Shown here piece by piece: positions 27,344 through 36,327 of a DNA stretch of 64,000 nucleotides (its first letter is position 1; each line of letters opens with the position of its first letter). The notes beneath the pieces were generated by a model that worked only from the letters and a program-made list of their open reading frames with translations, was not told the origin of the DNA and made no database searches. A program made the translations under genes and the position numbers. Source of the DNA: a virus (Duplodnaviria; Heunggongvirae; Uroviricota; Caudoviricetes); the IMG/VR virus record IMGVR_UViG_3300048904_000202, positions 68,007 to 132,006 of that record, one strand, 5' to 3'.

Positions 27344-28566
27344 GCCGCGAGCAGCATCTGGCGCATCTCGGCACCCGACATCGACACGTCGGTCGAGACG
27401 GCGAAATTGCTCGGGTCCTTCCCGAAGAGGGCCGCCATGCGCTGAAACTCCGAAAAGCCGAGGTCGCGCAACTCGATCGCCATATCGAAACGGCCCGGCC
27501 GGCGGAGCGCTTCGTCGAGGCGCTCGGGATGGTTCGTTGTCGCGATCGTCATGAGGCCGTCAGGCGCGATCAGGCCGTCGAGGATGTTGAGCATCGCCGA
27601 GAGCGTCACCGGCTTCTTGGGGCCGTCAGGTCCTTCTTCGCCTGTCGGGGCAGGGTTTTGCGCCGGCACGTTCCGATTGGTGTTCGCGCCGGCCGCGTCG
27701 AAGTCCTCCAGCACGAGAAGCTTTTTGTTCCAGTCCTGCCCATTCGCGACGAGATCGGTAAGCACCTGATCGCTGTCCACCGAACCGAGGTTCAGATAGT
27801 AGATCGAGCGGCCGAGGGCGGACGCCAGCGCGTGAATGAGAGACGATTTACCATTGCCCGGCGGTCCGTAGAGCAGCACGCCGATGCGGTGAGGAAGACC
27901 GAGGCGGTGGTTCTCTTCACGCTTGGTCGAGAACTCCGCGAGGCGGTTGAGGATCATATTCGCCGCGTCGTCTGCGGTGAATATGGTATCCATGCTCCGC
28001 AAGGGCAGCTTGCCGGCGCGATTCCACCACGAGCCCGAGTTGATGTAGAGCGGGACGGAGGTAAACTCTTCGTCCGAGGTACCCGCCATGCGCTTCACGT
28101 CCTCGGCGAAAGCCTCGACCACCCTCTTCGATCGTGTGAAGAACGTGACCTCGGTGTGTTCCTTGAACTTCGAGGTGTTGTCCGCTTCCTCGCGCTGGCG
28201 ATGTACCAACACGAGATGGCGGCGATAGAAACCGATGTGCGTACCATAGCCGACAGCAAGGCCGTGGTGCTTGGTCTGGTAATCTTCTTCGATCGAGTCC
28301 CACTTCTCCTCGGCCGAATAGTTGAAGTTGCGAGCGGTCTTCTGCCACACGACATTCTTCGTCACGTAGCGGACCACGGCGTCATAGTCCGGAAGGTCGT
28401 TGTTCCAACGGACCTCTACCGTGACGCACTTCTTGAGGAAGCCCCAGAGCTTCATCGGTACCGACCGCATCAGGTAAGTCGCGGTGGTCGCCGGCCCGGC
28501 GACGAGGGCCGCCTGCATGATCTGGTTGTGCTGGACCATGCTGGACAGAGAGGCGAACAGGCTCAT
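27340..28566 (-). CDS. BCS1-like AAA+ ATPase
   Basis: Walker A LLYGPPGNGKSSLIHALA, Walker B LLVLEDFDA, sensor region SAMLNILDG, TTNHPERLDEALRRPGRFD; about 190-aa N-terminal BCS1_N-like domain; start revised to MSLFASL. Confidence 0.8.
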   Translation of the reverse strand: MSLFASLSSMVQHNQIMQAALVAGPATTATYLMRSVPMKLWGFLKKCVTVEVRWNNDLPDYDAVVRYVTKNVVWQKTARNFNYSAEEKWDSIEEDYQTKHHGLAVGYGTHIGFYRRHLVLVHRQREEADNTSKFKEHTEVTFFTRSKRVVEAFAEDVKRMAGTSDEEFTSVPLYINSGSWWNRAGKLPLRSMDTIFTADDAANMILNRLAEFSTKREENHRLGLPHRIGVLLYGPPGNGKSSLIHALASALGRSIYYLNLGSVDSDQVLTDLVANGQDWNKKLLVLEDFDAAGANTNRNVPAQNPAPTGEEGPDGPKKPVTLSAMLNILDGLIAPDGLMTIATTNHPERLDEALRRPGRFDMAIELRDLGFSEFQRMAALFGKDPSNFAVSTDVSMSGAEMRQMLLAA

Positions 28567-28568
28567 GG

Positions 28569-28790
28569 TCAGTCCTTGATGCTCAGGGTGATCTCGCGGG
28601 GTGTGCCCGTGAAGCCGCCATTCGACGCTGCGTTCGAGGCGGCCGAGCGGGTGTTTAATATGCGTGCACCTTCGAGCGTATCGCTCAGCGATACGCGGGC
28701 GGTGTAGGCTCCCGGACTGGTCGCCTTGCGGGTCGAGACGAACTTGCCGTCGTCGGTCTGAAATACAAAATGAGCCAAGATCAGCCCCAC
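28569..28790 (-). CDS. hypothetical protein
   Basis: 73 aa, GTG start overlapping upstream stop. Confidence 0.35.
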   Translation of the reverse strand: MGLILAHFVFQTDDGKFVSTRKATSPGAYTARVSLSDTLEGARILNTRSAASNAASNGGFTGTPREITLSIKD

Positions 28791-29285
28791 TTGATGAGAT
28801 TGTTGATTGGATCGAGGTCGAGCGGGAAGAACTCGCGTTGGGTGGCGATCTTCTTCTTTTCAACCAGTTTGCGGCACTTGCGGGCGCAGTCCGTGGTTCC
28901 TACGAAACCTTCGAACACCGCCAGAACATCCGCCTCGAAATCGAGCAGCATGGCCTCGTTTCGCATGGCACCGGCGGCCTCACCGTAGCGGTCCCAATCT
29001 GCGAAATAACGCCGCCAAGGGACGCTGTTATCCACCGCCCATTCGAGGGCGAATGTATCAACGCCGCGAGCGCATCCGGCACCGAGTTCGACGATCGGGC
29101 CGAACCTCTCGCCGAAGTGAATCGAGTCAAGATGACCGTTGACGTACCCTCGGTCCTTGATTTCCCGGCCACCGGTGACAGCTATGCGAAAACCTACTGG
29201 GTCCGGAAAGGAAGCAGGTAGCGACCTCCCGACCTGCAAGATATTCTCCAGATCGTAGAAGCTCAGCGGCTTGAGTTTCACCGCG
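28781..29285 (-). CDS. SLOG-fold (DprA/DUF2493-like) protein
   Basis: GTG start in GTGA overlap; motifs AVTGGREIKD and GAGCARGVDTFALEWAV resemble DprA/LOG-like Rossmann proteins. Confidence 0.55.
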
Positions 29286-29448
29286 TCACCACGTGGAGTA
29301 GGTCGAGCAAGATGCAGGTCCCGATGAATCCAGCAATCGTCAGCACCAAAATGGTCGCGACAATCGTCACCGGATCGCGCGGAGGCCATCCACCGGGGTC
29401 GGCCGAGCGGCCGGCGACCACAGCCAGCGTTGTGAGTGCGGGGTTCAT
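29283..29448 (-). CDS. small membrane protein (55 aa)
   Basis: Below ORF cutoff; fills the gap 29286-29449; two hydrophobic helices. Confidence 0.35.
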
Positions 29449-29449
29449 C

Positions 29450-29998
29450 CTACTTCTCGATGAGGGTAAGAGGACCGGCCACGCCGTCCTTTATTGACGC
29501 GAAGGTGTCGCTTTCGATCACGGCGATGCCATTGAAGCCGCGCCCGGTGTAAACCGGCCATCCCTTGTAGGTGTACGCCCAGCGCTCGCCTGTGGTGGTG
29601 CGTCCCTTGTCGGGGCAAATATACTCGTCGTCGAGGCGATCGAACTCGCGTTCGGACATGAGAATGACGACCGTCTTCTTCGAACCCTTGGACGGTAGCA
29701 ATCGATCGACTCGATGCGTGGCCGAGGACAGGACCTCGATTTGCTCACACGCCTGCAACCAAGAAGCTGTGCGGCGCTTGGCTTCATTGGCCGCCTTCTG
29801 CTCCGCAAACCAGAGCTTGCGGAGCAGGTGGGCGATGCCGCGCGGATGGAGACCGAACAGCGTCCGGCTCAGCCACGTCGGCTTCTTCTCGATCTGGCGC
29901 GCGACAACGGCCACGTCCACGCTGTTAAACGGCATCGTAGCGGTGTTGTGGCTTGGGCCGGTGTCGGCCAGATCAGAGAGATCGGGAAGGGGCATCAG
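29450..29998 (-). CDS. hypothetical protein
   Basis: Start revised to MPLPDLSDL (TGATG overlap). Confidence 0.5.
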   Translation of the reverse strand: MMPLPDLSDLADTGPSHNTATMPFNSVDVAVVARQIEKKPTWLSRTLFGLHPRGIAHLLRKLWFAEQKAANEAKRRTASWLQACEQIEVLSSATHRVDRLLPSKGSKKTVVILMSEREFDRLDDEYICPDKGRTTTGERWAYTYKGWPVYTGRGFNGIAVIESDTFASIKDGVAGPLTLIEK

Positions 29999-30291
29999 TT
30001 GGCTCGCGAAGTGAAGAGGATGCTCGCCGCCAGAACGGCGCTGATGAAAATCGCGGCGCGGATGAGCCACGGATAGAACCGTTGCCAAATCTGCTGCTTC
30101 TGCCGCTGGCGACCGACCATCAACTCGTAGAGCATGGCCTGATTTTCGAAGGTCGTATGAAGCGTGCCAGAGATTTCGAAGGAGCCCTTCTCCAACGAAA
30201 CCTTGGGGAGGATTCTGACGGCTGGATTCGTGATCTCCAGCTTGAGCGTCTTCAACTCGTAAACCTGTCCGTCGATGACCATGTCAGGCAT
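29995..30291 (-). CDS. membrane-anchored protein (C-terminal TM)
   Basis: 98 aa ending in WLIRAAIFISAVLAASILF. Confidence 0.5.
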   Translation of the reverse strand: MPDMVIDGQVYELKTLKLEITNPAVRILPKVSLEKGSFEISGTLHTTFENQAMLYELMVGRQRQKQQIWQRFYPWLIRAAIFISAVLAASILFTSRAN

Positions 30292-30568
30292 AGGTCACCG
30301 TCCGTTCGGCGCGGGCGAAGCGTGGTTGCTGCTGATCAGCCCCGATCATTTCCAGCCACTCAGAAAGAGGGCGATTGAAAGTCAGGTCGGGGTAACCGAC
30401 CGGGGAATAATCCACGGTCGGATCAGCATCCGCCTCACGCATCGTGATCTTTGTGACCTCGTAGAATTTCCCCGAGGCAACGTGCTTCCACGCGGTGCCT
30501 ACATAGAGCCCGGTGAGAAGACGGTTGCGCTGGGAGAGTTCTTCGAGAGAGGGGCGTTCGGCCGCCAT
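30284..30568 (-). CDS. hypothetical protein
   Basis: 94 aa, preceded by a motif-B promoter and ACGGAGACGAGAAC leader. Confidence 0.5.
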   Translation of the reverse strand: MAAERPSLEELSQRNRLLTGLYVGTAWKHVASGKFYEVTKITMREADADPTVDYSPVGYPDLTFNRPLSEWLEMIGADQQQPRFARAERTVTYA

Positions 30569-30635
30569 GTTCTCGTCTCCGTGTTGTCAGTTTAACTCGG
30601 CTGAAATAGCCTCAAAGTCAAGCGAAACTAACACT
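30569..30635 (-). promoter_or_regulatory. motif-B promoter (GTTAGTTTCGCTTGACT)
   Basis: rc: GTTAGTTTCGCTTGACTTTGAGGCTATTTCAGCCGAGTTAAACTGACAACACGGAGACGAGAACATG. Confidence 0.4.
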
Positions 30636-31145
30636 TCAACCCAAATAGATGGCGCGCTCGTGTTGGCGCCGATCGACGAGGCCGGCCTTGCCATGATTGG
30701 TCCACCGCAAGAACTCGTCGGCGGCTGCCTTATAGTTGCCGGCGCGGTGGTATTTCAGGAGCGTAGAGGTTTCTTCGGCGTGGAGCCCGCAGTTGAACGC
30801 GAAGCTGACAAGGGCATCGAACTGGTTCTGCGAGGTGGGTGCACCACCTGCGATAAGGTGTTCGACACCATGCTCGAAGAACGCGACATTGGCCGCGAAA
30901 AGCTGCTCGGCGATGGCGAGGGTGATGACCGTCTTCGGGCCGACATCTCGTCCCGTATGCCCCCATCCAATGGTCCAAACTCCTTCGGAGTCCAGATACG
31001 CCGTGAGGGCCGGCTGACCGTGCGGAAGAAGGACGGTATGGCCGTTGACCATCTTGCCGCCGGTCTCGAAACCCTTGAGGTAGAGGGTCATCGTTTGGGT
31101 GATATGCATGGCAGTTATGATTAACCATGACCGCCAGAAAGTCAA
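30636..31145 (-). CDS. phage lysozyme (glycoside hydrolase family 24 endolysin)
   Basis: GH24 signature ...FETGGK...TIGWGHTG...; true start probably ATG near 31107 downstream of motif-B promoter TTGACT-N16-TAATCA (31146-31165). Confidence 0.8.
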   Translation of the reverse strand: MTFWRSWLIITAMHITQTMTLYLKGFETGGKMVNGHTVLLPHGQPALTAYLDSEGVWTIGWGHTGRDVGPKTVITLAIAEQLFAANVAFFEHGVEHLIAGGAPTSQNQFDALVSFAFNCGLHAEETSTLLKYHRAGNYKAAADEFLRWTNHGKAGLVDRRQHERAIYLG

Positions 31146-31151
31146 GCGAAA

Positions 31152-31424
31152 CTAACTCTTTGGGAAGCTAGGTGGCTTCGGCAAGGTAGGCTCCGGCTTA
31201 TCCGGGTCAGGCGTCAGGCGACACTTGCCAGAGCAGTGCGGGACCGGCTGTTCCTTACTCGACTGCAACATGCATTTCCCCGGCGGACAAATCGCACTGA
31301 GTGGCGGTTCACGCCTCTCCATCTTGCCGAACGTCCGAACCGGAGTCGGGGAATTGATGCGGATGGAAAGCGTGGGCTTGCTGGGAAGACCGCCTTTTGG
31401 ATTGTAACTGGCACCGTAGGTCAT
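31152..31424 (-). CDS. proline-rich small protein
   Basis: 90 aa with GGAGAG RBS; Cys/Pro-rich; no signal peptide. Confidence 0.4.
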   Translation of the reverse strand: MTYGASYNPKGGLPSKPTLSIRINSPTPVRTFGKMERREPPLSAICPPGKCMLQSSKEQPVPHCSGKCRLTPDPDKPEPTLPKPPSFPKS

Positions 31425-31447
31425 CGTACTCTCCGGAGGTGCAAAGG

Positions 31448-31476
31448 CCCGGCCCGAGAAGTTCTCGGGCCGGGTG
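31448..31476. other. perfect 14-bp inverted repeat (CCCGGCCCGAGAAC/GTTCTCGGGCCGGG) hairpin
   Basis: Lies right after the SPFH gene stop; not followed by a U-run. Confidence 0.5.
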
Positions 31477-31481
31477 ACTGA

Positions 31482-32303
31482 TCAGTTGACCTTGATGAAG
31501 GGAACCTGACCGCCGCCGGTGTACTGCGGTAGCACACCGTTCCACTTCTCGATCGCGCGCTGCTGGAGGATTTCCGGGTTGGTGCGGAGCGCTTCGCCCT
31601 CGATCTGCGTCGCCTTGGCGTCGGCCTCCGCCTTGGCAACCTTGGCGCGACCGTCTGCTTCGACAGTGGCGACGTTGGCCTGCGCGGCGAGCGCCTGCTG
31701 TTCGTTGGCGATCTTGGCGTTGATCTGACTGAGGATAGATTGCGGGATACGGATCGCTGACGCCCAGTAAAGCTGCTCGATGTGCAGGCCGAGCGGCTCG
31801 AAATAACGTCGCACGTCGCCGAGCGCGCCGTTGATCAGGTTGGTCTTCTGCGGGCCGTAAATCTGCTCGACCGTCATGCGGCTTGCGCGCTCGGCGAGCG
31901 CGGAGCGGACAGCGTTGCGAACCGGGCCGGCGATGATACCTGCCATGTCGGTGCGATACTTCTGGAACAGGATCGGCGCCTTGGTGGGATCGACGCGGTA
32001 GGCGACCGAAACGTCACCGTCGACCGTGAGGCCGGACTGGTCCTGAAACTGGAAGCTCTCGTCGGCATCCTTGCCTTCGGACTTCGTCGCGGTCCACGCA
32101 TAGGTGTTGGTGAACACCGGGTATTCGTAGATCGTGGTGCCGAGCATGGTGAAATAGGTGCCGACCGGGAGCGCGGTGTTCGAGACGCCGGCACTGGAAC
32201 CATATTGCTCAACCTTGACGCCGACATGTCCGGGCGTGACGCGCGAGCAGGCACCGAGCGCCATCGCGGCGACCAGTCCCAAGATGAGGGTAACCTTCTT
32301 CAT
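31482..32303 (-). CDS. SPFH/band-7 (HflC/stomatin-like) lipoprotein
   Basis: Start revised to MKKVTLILGLVAAMALGAC (lipobox LGAC); SPFH core plus C-terminal Ala/Glu-rich coiled coil; ATGA overlap with upstream gene. Confidence 0.75.
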   Translation of the reverse strand: MKKVTLILGLVAAMALGACSRVTPGHVGVKVEQYGSSAGVSNTALPVGTYFTMLGTTIYEYPVFTNTYAWTATKSEGKDADESFQFQDQSGLTVDGDVSVAYRVDPTKAPILFQKYRTDMAGIIAGPVRNAVRSALAERASRMTVEQIYGPQKTNLINGALGDVRRYFEPLGLHIEQLYWASAIRIPQSILSQINAKIANEQQALAAQANVATVEADGRAKVAKAEADAKATQIEGEALRTNPEILQQRAIEKWNGVLPQYTGGGQVPFIKVN

Positions 32304-32533
32304 TTCTTCTTGTCTCCTGTCATTTTTGCCAGCCGGTACAATTTTCGAGCGGCGGTGAAGGTGAGGGCGGGGAGCATGACCGTGAGCGCGATTGCCGCGA
32401 TCAGCGCCCCGTCGTTGTGGAGGTTTGCCAACGCCGGCACCGCGACCCCGATCACGAACACGGTTGCCACCGCGAGCAGGGCGGATAGGCCCCACAGTGC
32501 CAATAGCCGCGAATCGTCATTCATACTGGTCAT
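32300..32533 (-). CDS. small two-TM membrane protein (holin-like or SPFH partner)
   Basis: 77 aa, two hydrophobic helices, basic C-tail; ACGGAGAAATG RBS downstream of a motif-B promoter (32534-32590). Confidence 0.5.
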   Translation of the reverse strand: MTSMNDDSRLLALWGLSALLAVATVFVIGVAVPALANLHNDGALIAAIALTVMLPALTFTAARKLYRLAKMTGDKKK

Positions 32534-32741
32534 TTCTCCGTTGATGGTGCATCGAAACTAACGCTGACAGTCAAAAGGTCAAGCGAAACCTATCTCGCTG
32601 GTTGGTATTCCCAATAGTCTCCGCCGTAAGCTCCAACACGGCGACGCTCGACCGTTTCGAGCCAGATCATGGTGACCTTGTTGTCGGCCCAGCGATCCCA
32701 AACCGGATACCACGCGAACCATCGGTGCCATTCGTACTGCC

Positions 32742-33125
32742 TCAAGCAGACCACCCAGCCGGCGCCGAGCGAAGTTCGATGCCGAACGCGTAATGCTTGT
32801 ATCCGATGCTGATCAGCCCGATCTTGATCTTGGCGAAGCGGAAGTGCCAGCCCGGCGGCGTAGAGCTTTTCAAGCCGTCGTCCGCCACGTTGATGATCGT
32901 GAGCAGGCCGAGGATGTTCCAGACGCGGACCTTGGACCATTCCGTCGTGGTCTGGTTCCAGTGATGGCGGATGCCAATGAACCGTCCCATGTCGCGCGGA
33001 AATGTCCGCCAGTGACCGGCGAGACCATCCTTGGTGTCCCATCGATAGAAGAGGTTGGGAACCTTGATTTCGAAGCCGTCACGATGACCGCGATCGGACA
33101 CCTCACGCGTGAAGCGAGCGAGCAT
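32742..33125 (-). CDS. hypothetical protein
   Basis: Start revised to MLARFTREV with strong RBS GGAAGGGAGA; a Trp-rich about 51-aa ORF may follow (32590-32745). Confidence 0.45.
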   Translation of the reverse strand: MLARFTREVSDRGHRDGFEIKVPNLFYRWDTKDGLAGHWRTFPRDMGRFIGIRHHWNQTTTEWSKVRVWNILGLLTIINVADDGLKSSTPPGWHFRFAKIKIGLISIGYKHYAFGIELRSAPAGWSA

Positions 33126-33141
33126 ATTATCTCCCTTCCTA

Positions 33142-33375
33142 TCAGTCCTGACGATATTCATCGTCGAGTTCGGTGGCGTCGTCCTTGGTCTGGTCGCGGA
33201 TAAACCCATCAACCAGTTTCTGAGCGGCATGGACGCCCTCGTCGGCAGACTTCCAGATCGCCTCTTGCGCCTTGTGAGCAGCACTTGTTTCCACGAGCTT
33301 GCGGGCCTCCCGCAACTCGACCGCCTTGGCTTCGGTCAGGGCCGTCAATAGCCCGGTAAGACGTGCGTGATCCAT
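33142..33375 (-). CDS. hypothetical protein
   Basis: Start revised to MDHARLTGLL (TGATG overlap). Confidence 0.35.
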   Translation of the reverse strand: MDHARLTGLLTALTEAKAVELREARKLVETSAAHKAQEAIWKSADEGVHAAQKLVDGFIRDQTKDDATELDDEYRQD

Positions 33376-33692
33376 CAATCCACCGTGATGGTGCGCGGGT
33401 TGATATCGAGCGAGATTAACCACTCGCGGCACGCCTCGACGCTCTCGAAGCCGTCGAAATTGATCTCGCGAGGATCATCCTGCTCCAACACGTCGTCCTC
33501 GTCTTCCGGCTCGTAGCCGTTGTCGTTGAGCGAGCCGCCAAACTTGTACTCGTCGTCCGCTTCGGACGAGATGTGGGCGCCATAAATGGCGGGCGGACGG
33601 CCGAACTTGTTCATGAACATGTTGTCGATCTCGGAGAAATCGGTACCCGGCTGGGCGATCTGTTCGCCAAAGGCGTTGCTGCGAAAAGGCAT
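33375..33692 (-). CDS. acidic hypothetical protein
   Basis: 105-aa Asp/Glu-rich ORF. Confidence 0.45.
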   Translation of the reverse strand: MPFRSNAFGEQIAQPGTDFSEIDNMFMNKFGRPPAIYGAHISSEADDEYKFGGSLNDNGYEPEDEDDVLEQDDPREINFDGFESVEACREWLISLDINPRTITVD

Positions 33693-33704
33693 GAGAGGCG
33701 AGTC

Positions 33705-34019
33705 CTATCTGTTGGCGATGATCGCGGTGATGATGTTGCGCTTATGGGCACCTTGGTGGTGCTTCACGTCGATGAACCGGAAGTCCGGTACCAGATCGTG
33801 GCGCAGCACGAAGGCTGCCTCAGCGAGATCGCCGAGCGGTTTGAGCGTGATCACCGCACGCAGCAACGGGAACTCGGCCGCGCCGGTATCCGCGAGTTCG
33901 ATTGTCACGGTGTCGGCATCTTGTAGGCTCTTCTTGAGAGCGGATTGAACGAGAACCAACGTGTTGATCGCGGCGCCCATATCGTTGAGGCGCTGTTCGA
34001 ATTTCAATACGCTTGCCAT
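33705..34019 (-). CDS. hypothetical protein
   Basis: 104 aa starting right after GAATCGGGAGACACAAAC leader. Confidence 0.55.
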   Translation of the reverse strand: MASVLKFEQRLNDMGAAINTLVLVQSALKKSLQDADTVTIELADTGAAEFPLLRAVITLKPLGDLAEAAFVLRHDLVPDFRFIDVKHHQGAHKRNIITAIIANR

Positions 34020-34090
34020 GTTTGTGTCTCCCGATTCGTTGATGATGTGTTCGTGTAGGACGAGTCTTATGGTCCGTCAATGCGTACCAA
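34020..34090 (-). promoter_or_regulatory. conserved promoter-leader cassette
   Basis: rc: CATTGACGGACCATAAGACTCGTCCTACACG...CAACGAATCGGGAGACACAAACATG. Confidence 0.5.
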
Positions 34091-34405
34091 GTGGTCATCC
34101 ACAATTGAAAATGCGCCCCGTCCACCGATGATGCTGGCATACACTTCGTCCGCCAGTTCAGGGCGTCGGGCGATGGCGCGACCGGTTTCGTTGATCTGAT
34201 AGTATGGCGCATTGTCGTAAAGCGGTGAGATCGCGGTCGCCCGGATCAATTTGTTGAAGGTGATCCGATGGACGCGGCGGATACCGAAATAGACCATAAT
34301 CCCGTCGACCAATAGAAGGTTGCCATCATCGTCGTCGGAATCGTCCGGCGTTGCTGCCATGTCCTGCAATAGCCGGATCGCGGTGGGAGATAGGACGCTC
34401 ATCAA
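34067..34405 (-). CDS. hypothetical protein
   Basis: 112-aa ORF; 3' end overlaps the promoter cassette. Confidence 0.45.
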   Translation of the reverse strand: MMSVLSPTAIRLLQDMAATPDDSDDDDGNLLLVDGIMVYFGIRRVHRITFNKLIRATAISPLYDNAPYYQINETGRAIARRPELADEVYASIIGGRGAFSIVDDHLVRIDGP

Positions 34406-34734
34406 TAGAGCAGCATCAGGCCAATGTTGTGGCCGATGTCCTGAGCTTGGTGAACGCGGTCGATGTGCGACACGCCGGGGATGTTGATGAAGTGACCGCG
34501 CTGGGGATCGTAGCCGATGCGGTATCCCTTCGCCCGGATCATGGCCATCTTCTCGCTGGTGAGTGGGCTATAGCCGCGTCCCTGCGCCACCCAGAACGAC
34601 CGGGTGCGAATGTAGGGTTTGCCCGTCACGAGCCGGCGCTGTTGGTCGTAACGGTTCACCCAGAAGCCAAGGAAGGCGATCGGTGCGATCACCATGGAGG
34701 GGAACGACAGAACGGTGAGGATTTGCCAGATCAA
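34402..34734 (-). CDS. membrane protein
   Basis: 110 aa with N-terminal TM helices. Confidence 0.5.
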   Translation of the reverse strand: MIWQILTVLSFPSMVIAPIAFLGFWVNRYDQQRRLVTGKPYIRTRSFWVAQGRGYSPLTSEKMAMIRAKGYRIGYDPQRGHFINIPGVSHIDRVHQAQDIGHNIGLMLLY

Positions 34735-35186
34735 GCGTTCAACTCCTCCGCCCGCGTCTCCAGCATCTCGTCGATCTTCCGCAGGAACGGCTTGTCGCCA
34801 TATTGAATAGCGTGTTCGATGTTGGTCAGCGCCATGGTGCCCTCGATCGAGCGCGCCGCCGCCGACATCGCGACGCAGCGCTTACAGTCGCCGGGCTCGG
34901 GAGCGGACTGCCAGTCGGGCTCGACCACCTTGGCCTTCTTCCTCGGTTCCCGCACAAGCTCGACGTGATTGTCGTCACCGAGATCGGTCACCGGATATGC
35001 TTGCTCATCGGCGGCCACTGCGGCGATGCCGGCGATCTGGGCGAACAGGTCGTTGAAGCGCTCCATGAGCGCGTCCTTGTCGGTCGCCCACTCGACGGTC
35101 TCGAAGTTCTTGTCGAGCGCTTTGGCGTCGGCCTGCGTGCCTGCAAGCTGCGGTCCGAGTGGGGTTTGGCAGAGGTAGAATTTCAT
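34731..35186 (-). CDS. hypothetical protein
   Basis: 151-aa ORF, ATGA overlap. Confidence 0.5.
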   Translation of the reverse strand: MKFYLCQTPLGPQLAGTQADAKALDKNFETVEWATDKDALMERFNDLFAQIAGIAAVAADEQAYPVTDLGDDNHVELVREPRKKAKVVEPDWQSAPEPGDCKRCVAMSAAARSIEGTMALTNIEHAIQYGDKPFLRKIDEMLETRAEELNA

Positions 35187-35692
35187 CCTTCCTGCCCCGG
35201 AAACGGCAGGTCGGAGCCGGCGTACTGTTCCTCGCCGTCGTGTAGATCAGGCTCCTCGTCCGGCTCTCGCAGACCGTGAGCGACCTCCCAATCATGGATG
35301 CGATTGGAAACCGCGACCTCAGCCTGATAGCGATGCTCGAAGCCGCGCTGGACGAAGGTGCCATCTGCTGCAAGGATGGCCCACTCGGACGTGCCTGCGG
35401 CCTTGTTCTCGATATATACCACCTTCTCTTCCGGGGCGACGAAAGCATCACCATTGTCATGGATGCGCTCGAAGTTGACGCGATCCGCGTGAAAGGTTGG
35501 CGTAGGGTCCATGCTGAACAGCATGTCTGGGTACTTGGCAGCGAATGCCTCGGCCTTGATGCAAGCTTCGCGGATGGTCGGCGCGCGAAGCTCGATCTGG
35601 GCGTCGTCATCGGCCATGTCACAGGAGACGTTAACGCGCCACATCGGATCGGTGCCGGCGGTCAGCGCGTCGCAGTCGTCTTTGTATGTCAT
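35183..35692 (-). CDS. hypothetical protein
   Basis: Start revised to MTYKDDCDALT after GAATCAGGGAGACGCGCTATC leader; upstream promoter (35693-35765) is a motif-B-like variant. Confidence 0.5.
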   Translation of the reverse strand: MTYKDDCDALTAGTDPMWRVNVSCDMADDDAQIELRAPTIREACIKAEAFAAKYPDMLFSMDPTPTFHADRVNFERIHDNGDAFVAPEEKVVYIENKAAGTSEWAILAADGTFVQRGFEHRYQAEVAVSNRIHDWEVAHGLREPDEEPDLHDGEEQYAGSDLPFPGQEG

Positions 35693-35764
35693 GATAGCGC
35701 GTCTCCCTGATTCGCTGTGATGATTATGCCTAGCCTCAAGCGAAATGAGTGTCAAGCTAGACTG

Positions 35765-36043
35765 TCACTCCGATCCCCAGATGAACACGGCACCGGACGC
35801 AACGACAATGGGCTCGGCTTCGAGATCGAGAGCGAGCTTGGTGCGAAAGACGCGCCAGTCGTCGATGTCGTCCTCGTTGATGATCGCCAGAGGACAGTCG
35901 TCGAGTCGGTAGCGAGCCCACATCGGACCAGCCTCCCGGATCACGATCGCGCGGGCTTCCTCGACGCTCGCCGCCATGACGATTATGTCACCGCTGGCGT
36001 AGCGCTTGAGGGCATTGACCCGGTTCCACTGATAGAGCTTCAT
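35765..36043 (-). CDS. hypothetical protein
   Basis: 92-aa ORF. Confidence 0.45.
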   Translation of the reverse strand: MKLYQWNRVNALKRYASGDIIVMAASVEEARAIVIREAGPMWARYRLDDCPLAIINEDDIDDWRVFRTKLALDLEAEPIVVASGAVFIWGSE

Positions 36044-36327
36044 GCCGGCACCTTTGAGAACTCACCGGGGCGATCGACGCGGTACATCGTGAAGCGTCCT
36101 GTCGCGAGTAGCTTCTGCCACTCCGTCTCACCATCCTCCGGCGTGTTGCCAAGGGACTCGAAGACGTTGATGTCAGCCCAGCGCACCGGCCGGCCGGCGA
36201 CATCGGCCGCGATCGATTTGATCATCGGCAGGATGTCCTTGCGCCAGCGCATCGGTTCGACGCGGACCACGATGACATCCGGCGTGTCCTCTACCGACAG
36301 GTTCATTGTGATGTGCTTGAGTTCCAT
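36040..36327 (-). CDS. hypothetical protein
   Basis: 95-aa ORF, ATGA overlap. Confidence 0.45.
   Translation of the reverse strand: MELKHITMNLSVEDTPDVIVVRVEPMRWRKDILPMIKSIAADVAGRPVRWADINVFESLGNTPEDGETEWQKLLATGRFTMYRVDRPGEFSKVPA

Noticed and set aside
32590-32745. Trp-rich 51-codon ORF between the 127-aa gene and the motif-B promoter
   Set aside because: Its frame reads straight into promoter sequence and its composition is extreme (10 Trp). Kept only as a low-confidence remark.
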